DNA of 64,000 bases from Macrostomum lignano (taxonomy: Eukaryota), in assembly GCA_002269645.1 (NCBI GenBank), contig NIVC01001165.1, positions 220,261-284,260 of the forward strand, given 5' to 3'. The notes under the pieces were generated by a model, which saw nothing but the letters and a program-made list of their open reading frames with translations, did no database searches and was not told the origin of the DNA. Positions 11,997 through 25,700 of this stretch are shown piece after piece (the first letter of the stretch is position 1; every line of letters starts with the position of its first letter). The position numbers were made by a program, and so were the translations under genes.

Positions 11997-12614
11997 GGCA
12001 GGCTGATTGCCAGTGCGAATTTCAGAGAAAATTGGCAGAGTTCGGACTCAGAGTAGAGAGAGAGCGGATTCGCAGCGAGAGGCCTCATCGCAGCTGTTTC
12101 AAGCGTATTATTTTTGCTAGGAGAAAGACAATGGGCCTTCAATACAGAACCCATTACGGGTTCGCACAGCCGCGCGAGCCCTGATTGGAATCCGTTGGCT
12201 GCAGCCATTGCGTCAAAGCCAACAGGTGTGAATGAAAAATAGATTTAAATCCATGAATTCCTGGGCTGCAGTTTCAGAAATATTTGCAGCAACAAAGCTT
12301 GCTGTGGGCCCTTCATCAAGGATGAGTTAGCACATATGAAATAACTGAGCGTCTAATTCAGACGCACAAGGATTTGTTGCACACCTTTGCTGCTCGCATA
12401 TACTCGCGTTAGACGAGGCCAAGTAAGAAAAAAAGGGAAGTGAAGTGGCGCGCTTTATTTACTATAAATAATTTACATAATATAGAGAGAGCGATCGAGA
12501 CAGTCCAATCAGAGGCTTCTGACGGACTGGTGCAAGGATTTTGCTAGAACTAGAACCTGGACTAGAAACTTTTTTGTGGGGGCGAACTATCTTAGGAATA
12601 TTAATAGGAAATTA

Positions 12615-13659
12615 CTCGATCATATACGGCCCTGCTTGCACTTGCAAAACAAGTTCATTAGGTACCGAACCAAATGGTAGGGTATTCTACAGGTATACTT
12701 ACGCAATCCATACTGATACCCACAAAGAACGGAAGAAAAGACCCCGATTTGGATCAACCAAGTTCTTCGAAAAACTCTTCGATATATTTCTGAATTATAA
12801 GAATCGTAGAATAGAGGCAAAATTTGTGTTGCAAACCGCCGTAGGCAATACGAGTAACATTCAGGGCGCAACACAATTTTGTTGACGAGGCCCACAACCA
12901 AGAGCATGCGCTAAAAAGAATCGGATGCTACCACCGCGAGTCAGCTTGAAATACAATTAAAACAGCACCCATATACCACAGTGACCAGCACGAGGGTCCT
13001 GAAAAGCACATCAACTGTAGGACTGTAGGTCCGATTTCGAAAATCCCCACATTTCCGTCCTATTCACCGTCTAATATTTTCGGGGGGGACTTAAACTAAG
13101 CGATTCAAAATATTCCACGATTCGTCTTCCGCGACGACCCAACTCGTTTGCTTCTCACCCCTTACTATCCAATGCCTACAAGGAAGCTTCGAAGTGTCTG
13201 TATCTAAGGTAATCGTCGAAGACCTCTGAACGTGTCCTGAGGATGCACACCCAAAAAGACAACACCAAACAATCCCATACATAGATTTTTAATAATTGAC
13301 CGCAAAAATCTATCACTGACACCCTGCAACATATTCAGCTTCACTTCCATGCTTTACCCTGCACGACGTCGCGAAGCTCCGTGATCTGCAGCTGCTTGTC
13401 AAATAGACCGCCGAATATTAAATTGTAGACAACGCTTGTTGCTTGAGCGAAACGCTACTGACACCCATCATCTCGTCCTTGCAGATACAAGCCCAACTGC
13501 TGCAGCAGATAGGCATATTCTGTCACACAACTACCTGCACCAAAATTCGTCTTCAGATCTGCAGTCTGCGAACGTGCGAAGGGACCGGACTCCCATTCAC
13601 AAACACACCAATGCTGTTGACATTTGCATGTTCAAAATTGAACTGATTTATATCTATAC
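12615..13659 (-). pseudogene. Polinton/Maverick-like fragment, duplicate copy
   Basis: Same sequence as 3700-4745 at +8915/+8914. Confidence 0.7.
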
Positions 13660-13663
13660 TTAA

Positions 13664-14119
13664 CGCTCTCCTCAGCTTGAAAGGTCGTACGCCGCGTAGG
13701 ATGGTTTCGACCACCGCCTGCCACATCACTGAGCCTTCTGGCGGTCGGGCAGAGCTTCGGACTGGAGGACGGCTCGGATCGAACGGAAAGCCGCCCAGGC
13801 AAGTCCTCTGCGCCGCAGGACGTCCTTTCTAATCGTGGGGCACCACACCGCCGAGGTAGGTAACCACTGGCAGCGTGCGAGCTTGGTCATTTGCCCATCT
13901 GCGCCGCGGCAAGTCAGGTCCGCTGGGATGTCGGCCGGCAAGAACATTCAGCACCTCAATCTTCAGGGTGATGAAAACCAGACCGACGCTCGATGCCACC
14001 TCGACCAGCCTGCCGATTTGCTGCTGAGCGTTCTCAACGGACGAGGACAGGAGGGCGAGGTCGTCGGCGTAGCCAAACACTCTCGGGGCGCTTTTCGCCG
14101 TGGTGGCGACTGATGCGTC
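13664..14119 (-). mobile_element. Non-LTR RT fragment, duplicate copy
   Basis: Same as 4750-5205 at +8914. Confidence 0.85.
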
Positions 14120-15493
14120 TGCGCAAATTAACAAAGCAAGAAAACTAAAAGGGAATTAAGAGAGTAGAAAACGAGATAAAATTGCAAAATTGGCCCGTTT
14201 ACAGTGGGTTTGTGCAGATGAGCAAAAGCGGAAGGGACAGCTATAGCGGTCCTATGTACTGGAAGGGTACGTATCCAGCGGTTGGACCCGACATTTAGTC
14301 CAGGTGGAGCAATCAGATGGAAGGGAGGCCAACCCAAAGTAAAATAAATTCGCACTTTACAGGGTCCTCAGTTAATGTAGGCCCTGAATAAAGAGCCATT
14401 GACCTGCGAGTTTTTGTAATTTTGTAATTCATAATTTATTTATGATTCATTGTTTATATCTCATCTCCGCCCTCTTAGAAACACCGCGGCTTCGGCGGCA
14501 AGGGGTCAATATAGGGGAGCAAACAAACACTTAGCATCAAATTTACTCCTACTAAACATTGATTGATTTCGATTTAAAAACCGCGGGTCCCCGTGGGTCC
14601 CACAGTAAGTGTAGTGGCCCTGAAAAGGGATGTTTGAATGATTTACCTTTTACTTCTTCAAGCTAGTTTTTGAAAAGGTTCATGTTGAGAAGGATTCACA
14701 TTGAGAAGGCTTCATGTTGAGAAGGTTTCATCTGGAGAAGGTTTCATGTTGAGAAGGCTTCATCTTGGGAAGGTTTCATCTTGAGAAGGTTTCATCTTGA
14801 GAAGGTTTCATGTTGAGAAGGTTTCATCTTGAGAAGGTTTCATCTTGAGAAGGTTTCATGTTGAGAAGGTTTCATCTTGAGAAGGTTTCATGTTGAGAAG
14901 GTTTCATCTTGAGAAGGTTTCATGTTGAGAAGGTTTCATGTTGAGAAGGTTTCATCTTTTTTGAGAAGGTTTGATCTGTGTTGCGAGGAACTTGAATCAA
15001 CTCCCATGAACTGAATGGCATGGCTGAATTCGAGTGCGAACTGCTTCAGAGAGCCCGTGACTCTGGCTCGCTGTCACAGCTATTATCACATAATACCTGG
15101 CATAAAAAGCCACTCCAACTGCCTGGCTGTAGGTTGACATTGGTTTCTACTGGTCTTGCCAAGGCAGAGTGCAAAGAGTATAATTGAATTTCAGTAATAA
15201 TATTCTTAGTTGAATCATTTGTTTAGTATTTTTGATATAGCATTAGAATTTTCGAAGTCGATTCTTCTAAGACAATTTAATACTGATAGTAGTACGCTCG
15301 TACTTGAGACGCATTGCAGAGCTATATGCAGTCAGCAGATGCACAAATAAAATCAGTGGTAAATTTTCTTGTCCTCAATTTGATTCAAATTGTTTTATCT
15401 AACCATTAAGTTGGAAAATATGGGAAGCTACTCGGACGAGCTTAATAGAGAAAATGAAATGTAACGCAAGTGATAAATTAAAATTCTGATTAA

Positions 15494-18250
15494 CAGTAGA
15501 AATACCAAGCCATTTTTCCACCCGTCGAACTACCAAGAGGGGGAGGGGGAGTTCCATGACAAATTTTTGCTGTGCCGCAACGGAGCAACGCAGGCACACA
15601 AAATTCAAATAAATTTGGCTAAATTCGGGCGACATCGGGCTAAATTTTTGTTGTGATGAGGACGCACTTTTTCCCAAATCCCGCGCTAGCACATGGGCTC
15701 TGAATTTACTTGGCTACTAACAGTGGGCAGTGGGCATTTTTATCCTTTTTCTGCGAATTTTCATAAAATTTATACTAGATATTAATGTCTGGTCATACTA
15801 GTAGTCATAAAAACATAGGCGCAGCTTTTTGGGTCATAAATCATCGCTTTCGAAGCTGGTCTGACAGCCACCTGCGCCTCACTCAGTGTTTAGGCGGGTG
15901 CCAGATGGTCTGAGAGGATGCGGGCGGTAGCTTTTTTTCTCATCATTTTGACAGGCCATCAAGATTTATGAGGTCAGAGCCTATTGTTCGTGTTCACTCA
16001 AGCGTGTGACAGCTTTGACAGCTATGCGTTTTACCCCTAAAAGTACCTTGGGATTAGCGATTAGCGATTTCTCTTCATTATCTTCACTTTCTATTTAATA
16101 AGAGCTCTCTAATGTATATTTTTTCATTAATTTCTGTCAATCCTACGTGAAAAGTCATAAATCATTTTGTTGCGATTTTGAGTGATTTATGGCCGCACCT
16201 GTCATCTTTTTACGACCCTGTGGGAACTGATAGGATCTCTCGGTCACGTGATTCTGGGTAGCAACAAGCTTAGCCAATCAGAAAATTCGGCGCTCATTTT
16301 AACAAAACGGCTCAGCCAATGAGAATCGACGTGTTCCATTATAACAAACTGCGGTCCAGTTGGCGGCTATTTAAACCGGAGTTTTTGGCCCGCTCGGACT
16401 CAAATTTGGCTCGGGCCCAGCGCGCAACTTCTGGTTCCCAGAGCACGACCGTCGTTTCCTGATCCCCGGATTGCGACTTCCCCCATCATCATCAAGGACG
16501 AGTCCCCCGGTCGACAGCAGCGAACATCAAGCAAAGATCATCACCTGCAGCTATCAGCGAAGATCGTGACAGCATCATCCCGAGTCTACAGCTGCGAAAA
16601 GCACTAAGCCGATTCGGTCACTGTGGATTACCTGGTCTCCAGCTGATGAGTTTCTGATTGGTTGGGTGAGAGGCTACCTAGGCTTGCTTGATTAGGTGAT
16701 CCCCTATCTGTCCCCTGTTTCAGTAGCTGAATTAGGCGCACACTTTTGCTCATTTTGTTCAGTAGTGCTGTTGCTGAGGCAGAAATCATTCAATAATACT
16801 GCTAGTAGTCTAAGACTCCAATTCAATCTGAAGTGTGAAGTGAACTAAGGAGAAGGTTAAATCTAACAGTTATTGTTATCGGTTTTATTTCTTTGTTCGC
16901 CGATGGCTCAGATGAGTAGCTAAGCTAGTAGGCGCCGGTCACAGTGGACCAATGGCAAGGCAGTCGACCAATCTATCAAATCAGTGAGCAAAACTGCCAG
17001 AAGTGCAGAATCGGCGCCAGAGATGTACTTTGTGCACTCTAGGGTAGCCAAGCGGCTCGGGTAAATGAATCATGCGGTCTCTGAAGTTCGAGTTAGCCTA
17101 TCATCAGCGCTATGAGAGGCTAGTTGGTGCGTTGAAGGCCAAAAGTACATATTTTCGTATTTAGCAATGTAATAGTACATGTAGCTACCCCATAGTCTCG
17201 CCACTGCAAGAATCCCCTGCACAAGTCCCCTCTGTACCTGCATGGCCAATGCGATCTAGTCCCAGCAGTGTCCCTTATCATCGGCTATGACTTCGAGATT
17301 GACAGCAAAAAGACACTAGTTGGCAGGTAAGTGCAAAGCCCCTTCTAGTCGGAAGCCCGATTTCGAGAGTCCCGGTGTGGTGAGCCAGGACGTACGGGCT
17401 GGTGGCAGCAAGTTAGTTGATCTGCGGATTAGCTAATTTCTACTTTCAAAATTCTCCCTGCTCGTCTCTCGCTGTCCCTCTCTTAGCTATAGGACCTAGA
17501 CTGCTCGCCACACGATCAAGCTACCATGGAGCTGACAATCTGACAGGAGTGGGGGGCCAGGACTCTAATTGATTTATTTCTGAGCCTGAGGCCCGAAGGC
17601 TTCCCTAACAAGGAGCCCGAAGGTCGAAACCCATCAGTTGCGCAATATCTCAACCAAGAATCAAGTCGCCAGCCCTCCGGACCGTCGAGATATTCGACGA
17701 TTCTGCCAGGTCGGATTTCTCCCTTAAGTGCTAGTGTATTCAGTACACCCCTGTGTGCCAATCAGCACTTCGCCTCAGAGCAGCCTTGCCAAGCCTCCAA
17801 ATTTCATCAGCACGTCGATCACATGTGTCTGCGTCAGCTCTACCTTCGTTAGTCACTGGCCTTTACCGAGACGGAGCTTCTAGACCTTCAACAGGTCGCA
17901 CCAGGTGACTATGGACACCCTGATACGAATTTCTCTAGTTTCGCTGATCAAGCGTCGACAGTGCAGGGCAAGCCTTAACTGCTAACATCATCAGCTTAGT
18001 CTCTCGAAAGCATTTTCCGTCATCACCTCAACGCCGTCGGCACCTTCAACAGATTACACCAGGTGACTATGAGCAGCCTGATGCGGATTTCTCTCATTGG
18101 CTGGGGACGGCGACTTGATTTTTGGTTGAGAAGAAGGTGCGCAACAATAAGTTAGCTCGTGAATTTCGTGTGCTTGCGTTACTCCGTTCCGGCGCAGCAA
18201 AAAATTGTCAGGGGGGGGGGGGGATTTCCCCCCTCTTGGTAGTTCTACTG
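15494..18250. mobile_element. Candidate TIR element with TTAA flanks
   Basis: 15494-15607 and about 18160-18250 are imperfect inverted copies (right arm internally deleted), both ending CAGTAGAA/TTCTACTG. TTAA lies at 15490-15493 and 18251-18254. Confidence 0.5.
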
Positions 18251-21200
18251 TTAAAAAATTATTTATCAAAAAAGATTCTCAGATGCATACACTGGAGATT
18301 TTCAATGTAGCCATATGCACTGGTTTAAAGTGGTGTCTTCGGCTGCAATTAACTTCATGCAGGCAGTTGGTGAGAAATAAAAAATTACATGTATATGTGC
18401 AAATTCACGGCAACAACATCATTGTCAAGTACTGGTCTTCTGCTCACTGAGCATTGTGTCTCACTTTGGCTTGCAAAACTGACTATCACCTTATATATAG
18501 CTCCTGATAGGAAGAATCATATGACTTTCCAAAATTTATGGCGCAGCGCATTTACCGCCTGAGCCTCGCTGCTGTACATGTACGTCGATATCTTATGAAG
18601 TCTTACGCCCCATTGTACTTGAAACACACCCGTCATATCGACATGCTGGTGTACAACCCCATTGCTGGATTTGAGTCAGTGCCTCCATACCTTTCTGCAG
18701 TTACGCGCTCTTTTCTGCTGTTTTGCATCCAACAGAAGAAAAGTGTTTTCATTTTCAGTACTCGCCGTCGCCTTCCTACACTACACAATAGATCCGATGT
18801 TGACAGCGCTCAAAATTAGGTAGCTAATATTTGCGAGAAGTTAAATGGTTACCCATATGGACAGGTTTCCAGATGCTAGAAATTGGTGCGGTCATAGGCT
18901 TAGAAACCAGCAACCTGGCATACAAAGCCACAATGGCTCCATGGCGCTTATGGCACTGCATGGCAACTGGTGCCCTCTAAATCCTCAGCATATGTGACAC
19001 TGCAGCCTTGGGGACCGCAGAAAGAGAGGCATGGGTTGCAAAAACGAAGAATAATACCACCTGATTATGTTCGGTTAAACGTCTATACAGTATATATCAA
19101 CGGTACTTGGATATTTTGTTTCGCAGCATGCAAATTCAGAGAAAAGGATGCCTGCACGGCACACAATTACTAAATAACAATGAGCAATATTCATGCAACT
19201 GAACAATAAAGATCAATCGGTCTGCTTAATTATAGGCAATAAATAATCCTTGATATAATATAGTCTTTGGATTGGATTCATGACCGATCGGATTTGCAGG
19301 GCATGCATGCAGGAACTAGAGAATGTTATTGCATGTGTCATAAGATCTTAGAGATCGGCCTTTAACTGGGTTACGAGAGCATTAATAGAAAAAAAGTGTT
19401 TGCCTTAATTACAATGTAATGTTGGCCTCATCCAGTTCCCAGAAATGTAAGGAGTAACAGTCACTATACAGACCCAATTACAATGTACCTCCAGACCAAT
19501 CAGTTATCGTTTAAAATAAAAAACTAAAGTATAATTTACTGCATTAGTTAGCAAAAAAAATTAAAAACTACCGTGATCTGATGAAAACTATTTTTGTTCA
19601 GAGTCAAGACTTAGGGTAAAAGTTAATGTTACGGTTGTTATAAATGGCGTTTGATGCATGAAATCAAATCTTGAAAAAATCTTATTTTTTATTTATCTAT
19701 TGACTATTTAACTTTTTACTTATCTTTTTTTACTATATTTACCCCGTCGGAGTTCTCCGATCTCCGCAAGTACAAGTGTACAACACAACATGAACGATAG
19801 GTCGAAATGATCAACTTCTTTCACAAGCTCTACAAATTACAGAGGTTGAGTGTTGCACAATGCACATGGCTACCCACGTTATAAAATATGTTTTGAATAT
19901 AAATGCGCCATTGTGACTAACTGGTCGGGTCGCTGGCCCTAGCCTAGGATCTAGATCTAGGATGCAAAGTCGCATCCTGGTATAATTTTAGTAAGCGATT
20001 TTAGTATATTTAGATAGGATTTGATATGTCAGAATGCTAGCCTATCTATAGCACTACCAATACCATTCCACAAAAACTTAGGCCTAGCCATTTAGACTTT
20101 AAGTTAGTATTATTCATTTCATATTAAGTATTATTACTATTGACATTGTATTATATTAGGTTTAAGGAAATTAGAGGCCTACCTAGTAATGTAGTGACTG
20201 CAATGATCTATTTTTAATGATTAGGCCCTAAATTCAAATTGGATCTTTGCCTTTTGACAAACTAGTATAACCTAGTAGTTAGGCCCTAGTGTTCTATATT
20301 ACTGCCATACCTTTGTACTTCTATAGCCATAGCTGTACTAAATTTTTGTTATGCCATATCCATAGCTGCAATTTGTTATGATTTAGATTGTCAAATCTCT
20401 ATATTCTATTTTTTGTAGCAATATTATAATTTAATGTTCTGCCATAAGGAGGGTCTATGTACTGAAGCCATACCATAGCCATAAGCAAAACTATGGCTTA
20501 TTCCAATTTTCCGTATTCCATAGCCATAGAAACCCCAAAATTACCATATTCCCATAGTTCCCATAGCTGTAGCCATAGTTTTAACAAAAAGTCTAAAAAC
20601 TAAAATATTTTGAATCAAGATGATAACCTAGTGCTTAAATAACTGCAAATTAAATAAAATTAGAAAATAAAAGAAACACTCAATTGCCTTTATAAGATAT
20701 TCACATATGCAAATAAATGAAAAAAATTCTATCCCTTTGATGACCCTGATCATGGAATTACCCAGATAGGCAGATAGTCTACTAGAGCCATCTTAATAGT
20801 TATTATATCTATTATATTGTTCTAATTAGGCCAAGGAAAGAAAATGCAACCTATTTTAGCAAAGGAATTTTTGGCAAAAATCTTGATCACATCAGTTTAG
20901 TAAAAAGATAGTTATAATTGCAAATTTACAAATAGTAAACCTATTTATTTGTAAATACTACTTTAATAATTGTAGTTATAATTTATTTATTCTTTTATTC
21001 TTTTATTAACACCTCCAAAAAATTGACAAAAATTTTTTGATTATTCTCAAAACTATGCTGGTGTTCCATCAATAAATAACTTTTTTAAATTGTGTAAAGG
21101 ACTCATTTCAGCTAATAATTTGTTTGATTTTTTTACTTTTTTGCCAATACTATTTGTAGTGAAAAATCCATACTGAAACATACAAATATTTGTTTAAATA

Positions 21201-21576
21201 CCTTATTATAAGCTTTACAAATCTAAAAAACTTGAAATTAATGCTTAAAATAAACTTTTTTATCTCTTTTCCACTTAACACTAAGTCTTCCATTTAATTC
21301 TATTATATGCACACCAAGTACACTCTTAGGAGTGATGCACGCCTATTGTGGCCTATCCAACCACTTTTGGATCAGCTATGTTGGTACTTTCAAGTATATC
21401 AACAAAATTTTGAAATTGCATTATAATTGAAATTTCTGTTAAAAATTGTATTCATATGCATATAGGCATTCTGTGAACAATTTAATTCAAGGAGACATGG
21501 TTAAATGGGACTGTTTAAAGCATTAATGAACTATCAATGTTAGAATTGCTCCATTCAAACCAACAATGATGTAGAA

Positions 21577-21769
21577 TAGCAGTTCTCAACCATTTTTTCA
21601 GATGACCCAAATTTATTCACTTGCATCATGTTTTAATGTTTGCAACCTTTTTTCATAATCAATATAATGCATCATCAAGTTTTTGATTATTATTTCTTAG
21701 TGCTTCAACCCCCAGAAAATTGTCACACAACCCCACTGGGGGTTGCAACCCACAAGTTGAGAACCCCTG
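21577..21769. mobile_element. hAT-type MITE (193 bp)
   Basis: TIRs TAGCAGTTCTCAAC / GTTGAGAACCCCTG; perfect 8-bp TSD ATGTAGAA (21569-21576, 21770-21777). Confidence 0.8.
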
Positions 21770-21873
21770 ATGTAGAAGGCTAGCATGGATGGCTCAAATA
21801 CCAGGCTTTGTGAGGCAGAATTCAATTTTAAATTTTCATCTACTTGTTGCCATTGACATTCAGTCATGCTTGG

Positions 21874-22021
21874 GCGTAACCTTGGGATTCACTCGGCCAT
21901 TTCTATTGGCAACACACACATGTAAGTCACTATTGGATGGAATAGTAGTCACGTGACTGCTCTCAGCCAATAGCGACTTGCATGTGTGTGTTGCCAATAG
22001 AAATGGATCCCAAGGTTGCGC
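21874..22021. repeat. Foldback / MITE-like palindrome
   Basis: About 40-bp inverted arms CCATTTCTATTGGCAACACACACATG.AAGTC.CTATTGG, outer arms GCG.AACCTTGGGAT, central AGTCACGTGACT. Confidence 0.8.
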
Positions 22022-22769
22022 ATGTATGCTTCAGTTAATTAATTTTACTGTATTATTGACTAATATGACTATATGATTCCTATTATATTAAGTTTTTGAC
22101 ATTGTGAACCTTTGACCTTATGAAAGTTTTAAAAGCTTATGAAATCCATTGCTAGAGTTTGCACTTGCAGCATTGTAAAATTCTGAGCTCAAATTAGGAA
22201 TCAATATTTTAATAGTAAAGAATAGAATCAGCAATCAAACTGTCAGTCAAATATGCTATATCACTATATGCTCATAGCTCAAATTTGACAGTTAAATACT
22301 TGAAACTCAGCCTGAGTCTATTAAAAATATGCTGGGCTGCACTCATGACAAACTATTGATGAGAAAATTTATTTAACAAAAGTCTAAATATTTACTAAAT
22401 TTTTAGCTATTGGCAATAAGTCATTCTCTAACTTTTAATAAATAGAAAAAAAAACTCATTCATAAAAGTTCTTATGAAAGTTTACATTACATTACATTTA
22501 CAAGAAAACTGAAAAATAGCTGATCATAAATTTGTCTTATTTTTGCTTTCTTTGATGTATCAAACATTAAACATTATTATAAACTAAGTAGTCATACATG
22601 CATGTGTCAATTAAAATTTTATCCTGGTAAATCATGTAAATCTGAGTTTAATATTATTATAGATAACCAATAATACATAATGCATACTCATTCCTGGCTT
22701 GATAAGGAATTATATTAAATTATATTAATAACATTCACATTATCTGTGTTGCTGCAGCAAAGCACTGCC

Positions 22770-25700
22770 ATGGCCGACCCAGAGCTGCTGGACTATGATG
22801 ATGAGGAGCAGGAGGCTGAGGCCGGAACCAACGTTGCCAAGGTATCGGAAGGCAAGAAGGCAGGTCACAAGGGCTCCTACGTGACAATCCACAGCTCAGG
22901 ATTCAGGGACTTCCTGCTGAAGCCGGAGCTGCTGCGGGCCATCGTGGACTGCGGCTTTGAGCACCCCAGCGAGGTGCAGCACGAGTGCATTCCGCAGGCC
23001 ATCCTGAGCATGGATGTGCTCTGCCAGGCCAAGTCAGGCATGGGCAAAACTGCCGTGTTTGTGCTGGCCACTCTGCAGCAGCTGGAGAGCGTTGATGAAG
23101 CCGAGCCGAGGGTTCTTGTGCTGTGCCACACCAGGGAGCTGGCCTTCCAGATCTCCAAGGAGTACGAGAGGTTCTCCAAGTACATGCCGGGGGTGAACAT
23201 CAGCGTGTACTTTGGCGGAGTGCCGGTCAAGAAGGACATCGAAGCGCTGAAGAAGTCGATGCCCCACATCGTTGTTGGCACACCTGGCAGGGTGCTTGAC
23301 CTCGTGCGCAACAAAGCGCTGAGCCTGAAGTCCGTGAAGCACTTTGTGCTGGACGAGTGCGACAAGATGCTGGACCAGCTGGACATGCGCAGGGATGTGC
23401 AGGAGATCTTCAAGATGACGCCTCATCAGAAACAGGTGATGATGTTCAGCGCCACGCTGAGCAAAGAGATCCGGCCAATCTGCAAGAAGTTCATGCAGGA
23501 CCCGCTGGAGATTTACATTGATGACGAGAGCAAGCTGACCCTTCACGGTCTCAAGCAGCACTACCTGAAGGTGAAGGAGAATGAGAAGAACCGCAAGCTG
23601 TTTGAGCTGATCGACGTTCTGGAGTTTAACCAGGTGAGAACAAAGCGGACTGGCAGCTGGGGTCTGCACAGATGAGGCTTGCTCAGCAATGCAGACAGCT
23701 GACTCAGTGAGCACAGATGAGGCCTGCTCAGCAATGCAGACAGCTGCTGACTCAGTGAGCACAGATGAGGCCTGCTCAGCAATGCAGACAGCTGACTCAG
23801 TGAGCACAGATGAGGCCTGCTCAGCGATGCAGACAGCTGACTCAGTGAGCACAGATGAGGCCTGCTCAGCAATGCAGACAGCTGACTCAGTGAGCACAGA
23901 TGAGGCCTGCTCAGCGATGCAGACAGCTGCTGACTCAGTGAGCACAGATGAGGCCTGCTCAGCGATGCAGACAGCTGCTGACTCAGTGAGCACAGATGAG
24001 GCCTGCTCAGCAATGCAGACAGCTGCTGACTCAGTGAGCACAGATGAGGCCTGCTCAGCAATGCAGACAGCTGACTCAGTGAGCACAGATGAGGCCTGCT
24101 CAGCGATGCAGACAGCTGACTCAGTGAGCACAGATGAGGCCTGCTCAGCAATGCAGACAGCTGACTCAGTGAGCACAGATGAGGCCTGCTCAGCGATGCA
24201 GACAGCTGACTCAGTGAGCACAGATGAGGCCTGCACAGCGATGCAGACAGCTGCTGACTCAGTGAGCACAGATGAGGCCTGCTCAGCGATGCAGACAGAC
24301 AGCTGCTGACTCAGTGAGCACAGATGAGGCCTGCTCAGCAATGCAGACAGCTGGTGACTCAGTGAGCACAGATGAGGCCTGCTCAGCAATGCAGACAGCT
24401 GACCTGCCGGCCCCAATTCCCGCAGGTGATCATCTTCGTCAAGTCCGTGCAGCGCTGCATGGCTCTGTCGCAGCTGCTTGTTGAGCAGAACTTCCCCGCC
24501 ATCGCCATCCACCGCGGCATGACTCAGGAGGAGCGGCTGGAGAAGTACCAGAGCTTCAAGAACTTCGAGAAGAGGATCATGGTGGCCACGAACTTGTTCG
24601 GTAGAGGCATGGACATCGAGCGGGTGAACATCGTCTTCAACTACGACATGCCCGAGAACTCGGACACTTACCTGCACAGGGTGAGCAGCTGGGATGATGG
24701 GGAATCTCGGACACTTACCTGCACAGGGTGAGCAGCTGGGATGACGGGGGATCTCGGACACTTACCTGCACAGAGAAGTGGAATCTCGGACACTTACCTG
24801 CACAGGGTGAGCAGCTGGGATGATGAGGAATCTCGGACACTTACCTGCACAGAGCGAGCAGCTGGGATGGGGGATCTCGGACACTTAGCTGCACAGGGTG
24901 AACAGCTGGGATGGGGAATCTCGGACACTTACCTACACAGGGTGAGGAGCTGGGATTGTTGGGAATCTCGGACACTTACCTGCACAGAGTGAGCAGTTGG
25001 GATTGGGGATCTCGGACACCTACCTGCACAGGGTGAGCAGTTGGGATGTTTGGGAATCTGAATCTCGGAAACTTTCCTGCACAGGGTGAGCAGCTGGGAT
25101 TGGGGATCTCGGACACCTACCTGCACAGGGTGAGCAGCTGGGATGGGGGATCTCGGACACTTACCTGCACAGGGTGAGCACCTGGGATGAATGGTAATCT
25201 CGGACACTTACCTGCACAGGATGAGCAGCTGGGATGATGGCATCTCGGACACTTTCCTGCACAGGGTGAGCAGCTGGGATGATGGCATCTCGGACACTTT
25301 CCTGCACAGGGTGAGCAGCTGGGATGATGGCATCTCCGACACTTTCCTGCACAGGGTGAGCAGCTGGGATGATGGCATCTCGGACACTTTCCTGCACAGG
25401 GTGAGCAGCTGGGATGATGGCATCTCCGACACTTTCCTGCACAGGGTGAGCAGCTGGGATGATGGCATCTCGGATACTTATCTGCACAGGGACGGGGAAT
25501 CTCGGTCTCGGACACTTAACTGTAAAGGTTGAACAGCTGGAATGGGGAATCTAAGATATTTTTTATGTAATCAAAACAATGCACTGAAATGTCTTACTGG
25601 CTACTGTCCAATTCACTCAGTAGTGCAGTTCGGACACGCAATCTAAATTATTTCCAATCTCTTCCCAGGTGGCCCGCGCAGGCCGTTTCGGCACGAAGGG

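Larger units (their letters stand above)
8064..16977 (+). repeat. Tandem segmental duplication, copy 2 (8914-bp unit)
   Basis: The ORF track repeats at +8915/+8914. The unit begins with (GATA)n and the 33-bp array. Confidence 0.97.

Noticed and set aside
17575-17660. Hammerhead-ribozyme-like string (CTAACAAG...CC CGAA GG...GAAAC)
   Set aside because: The core has two changes from CUGANGA and stem I cannot be formed.
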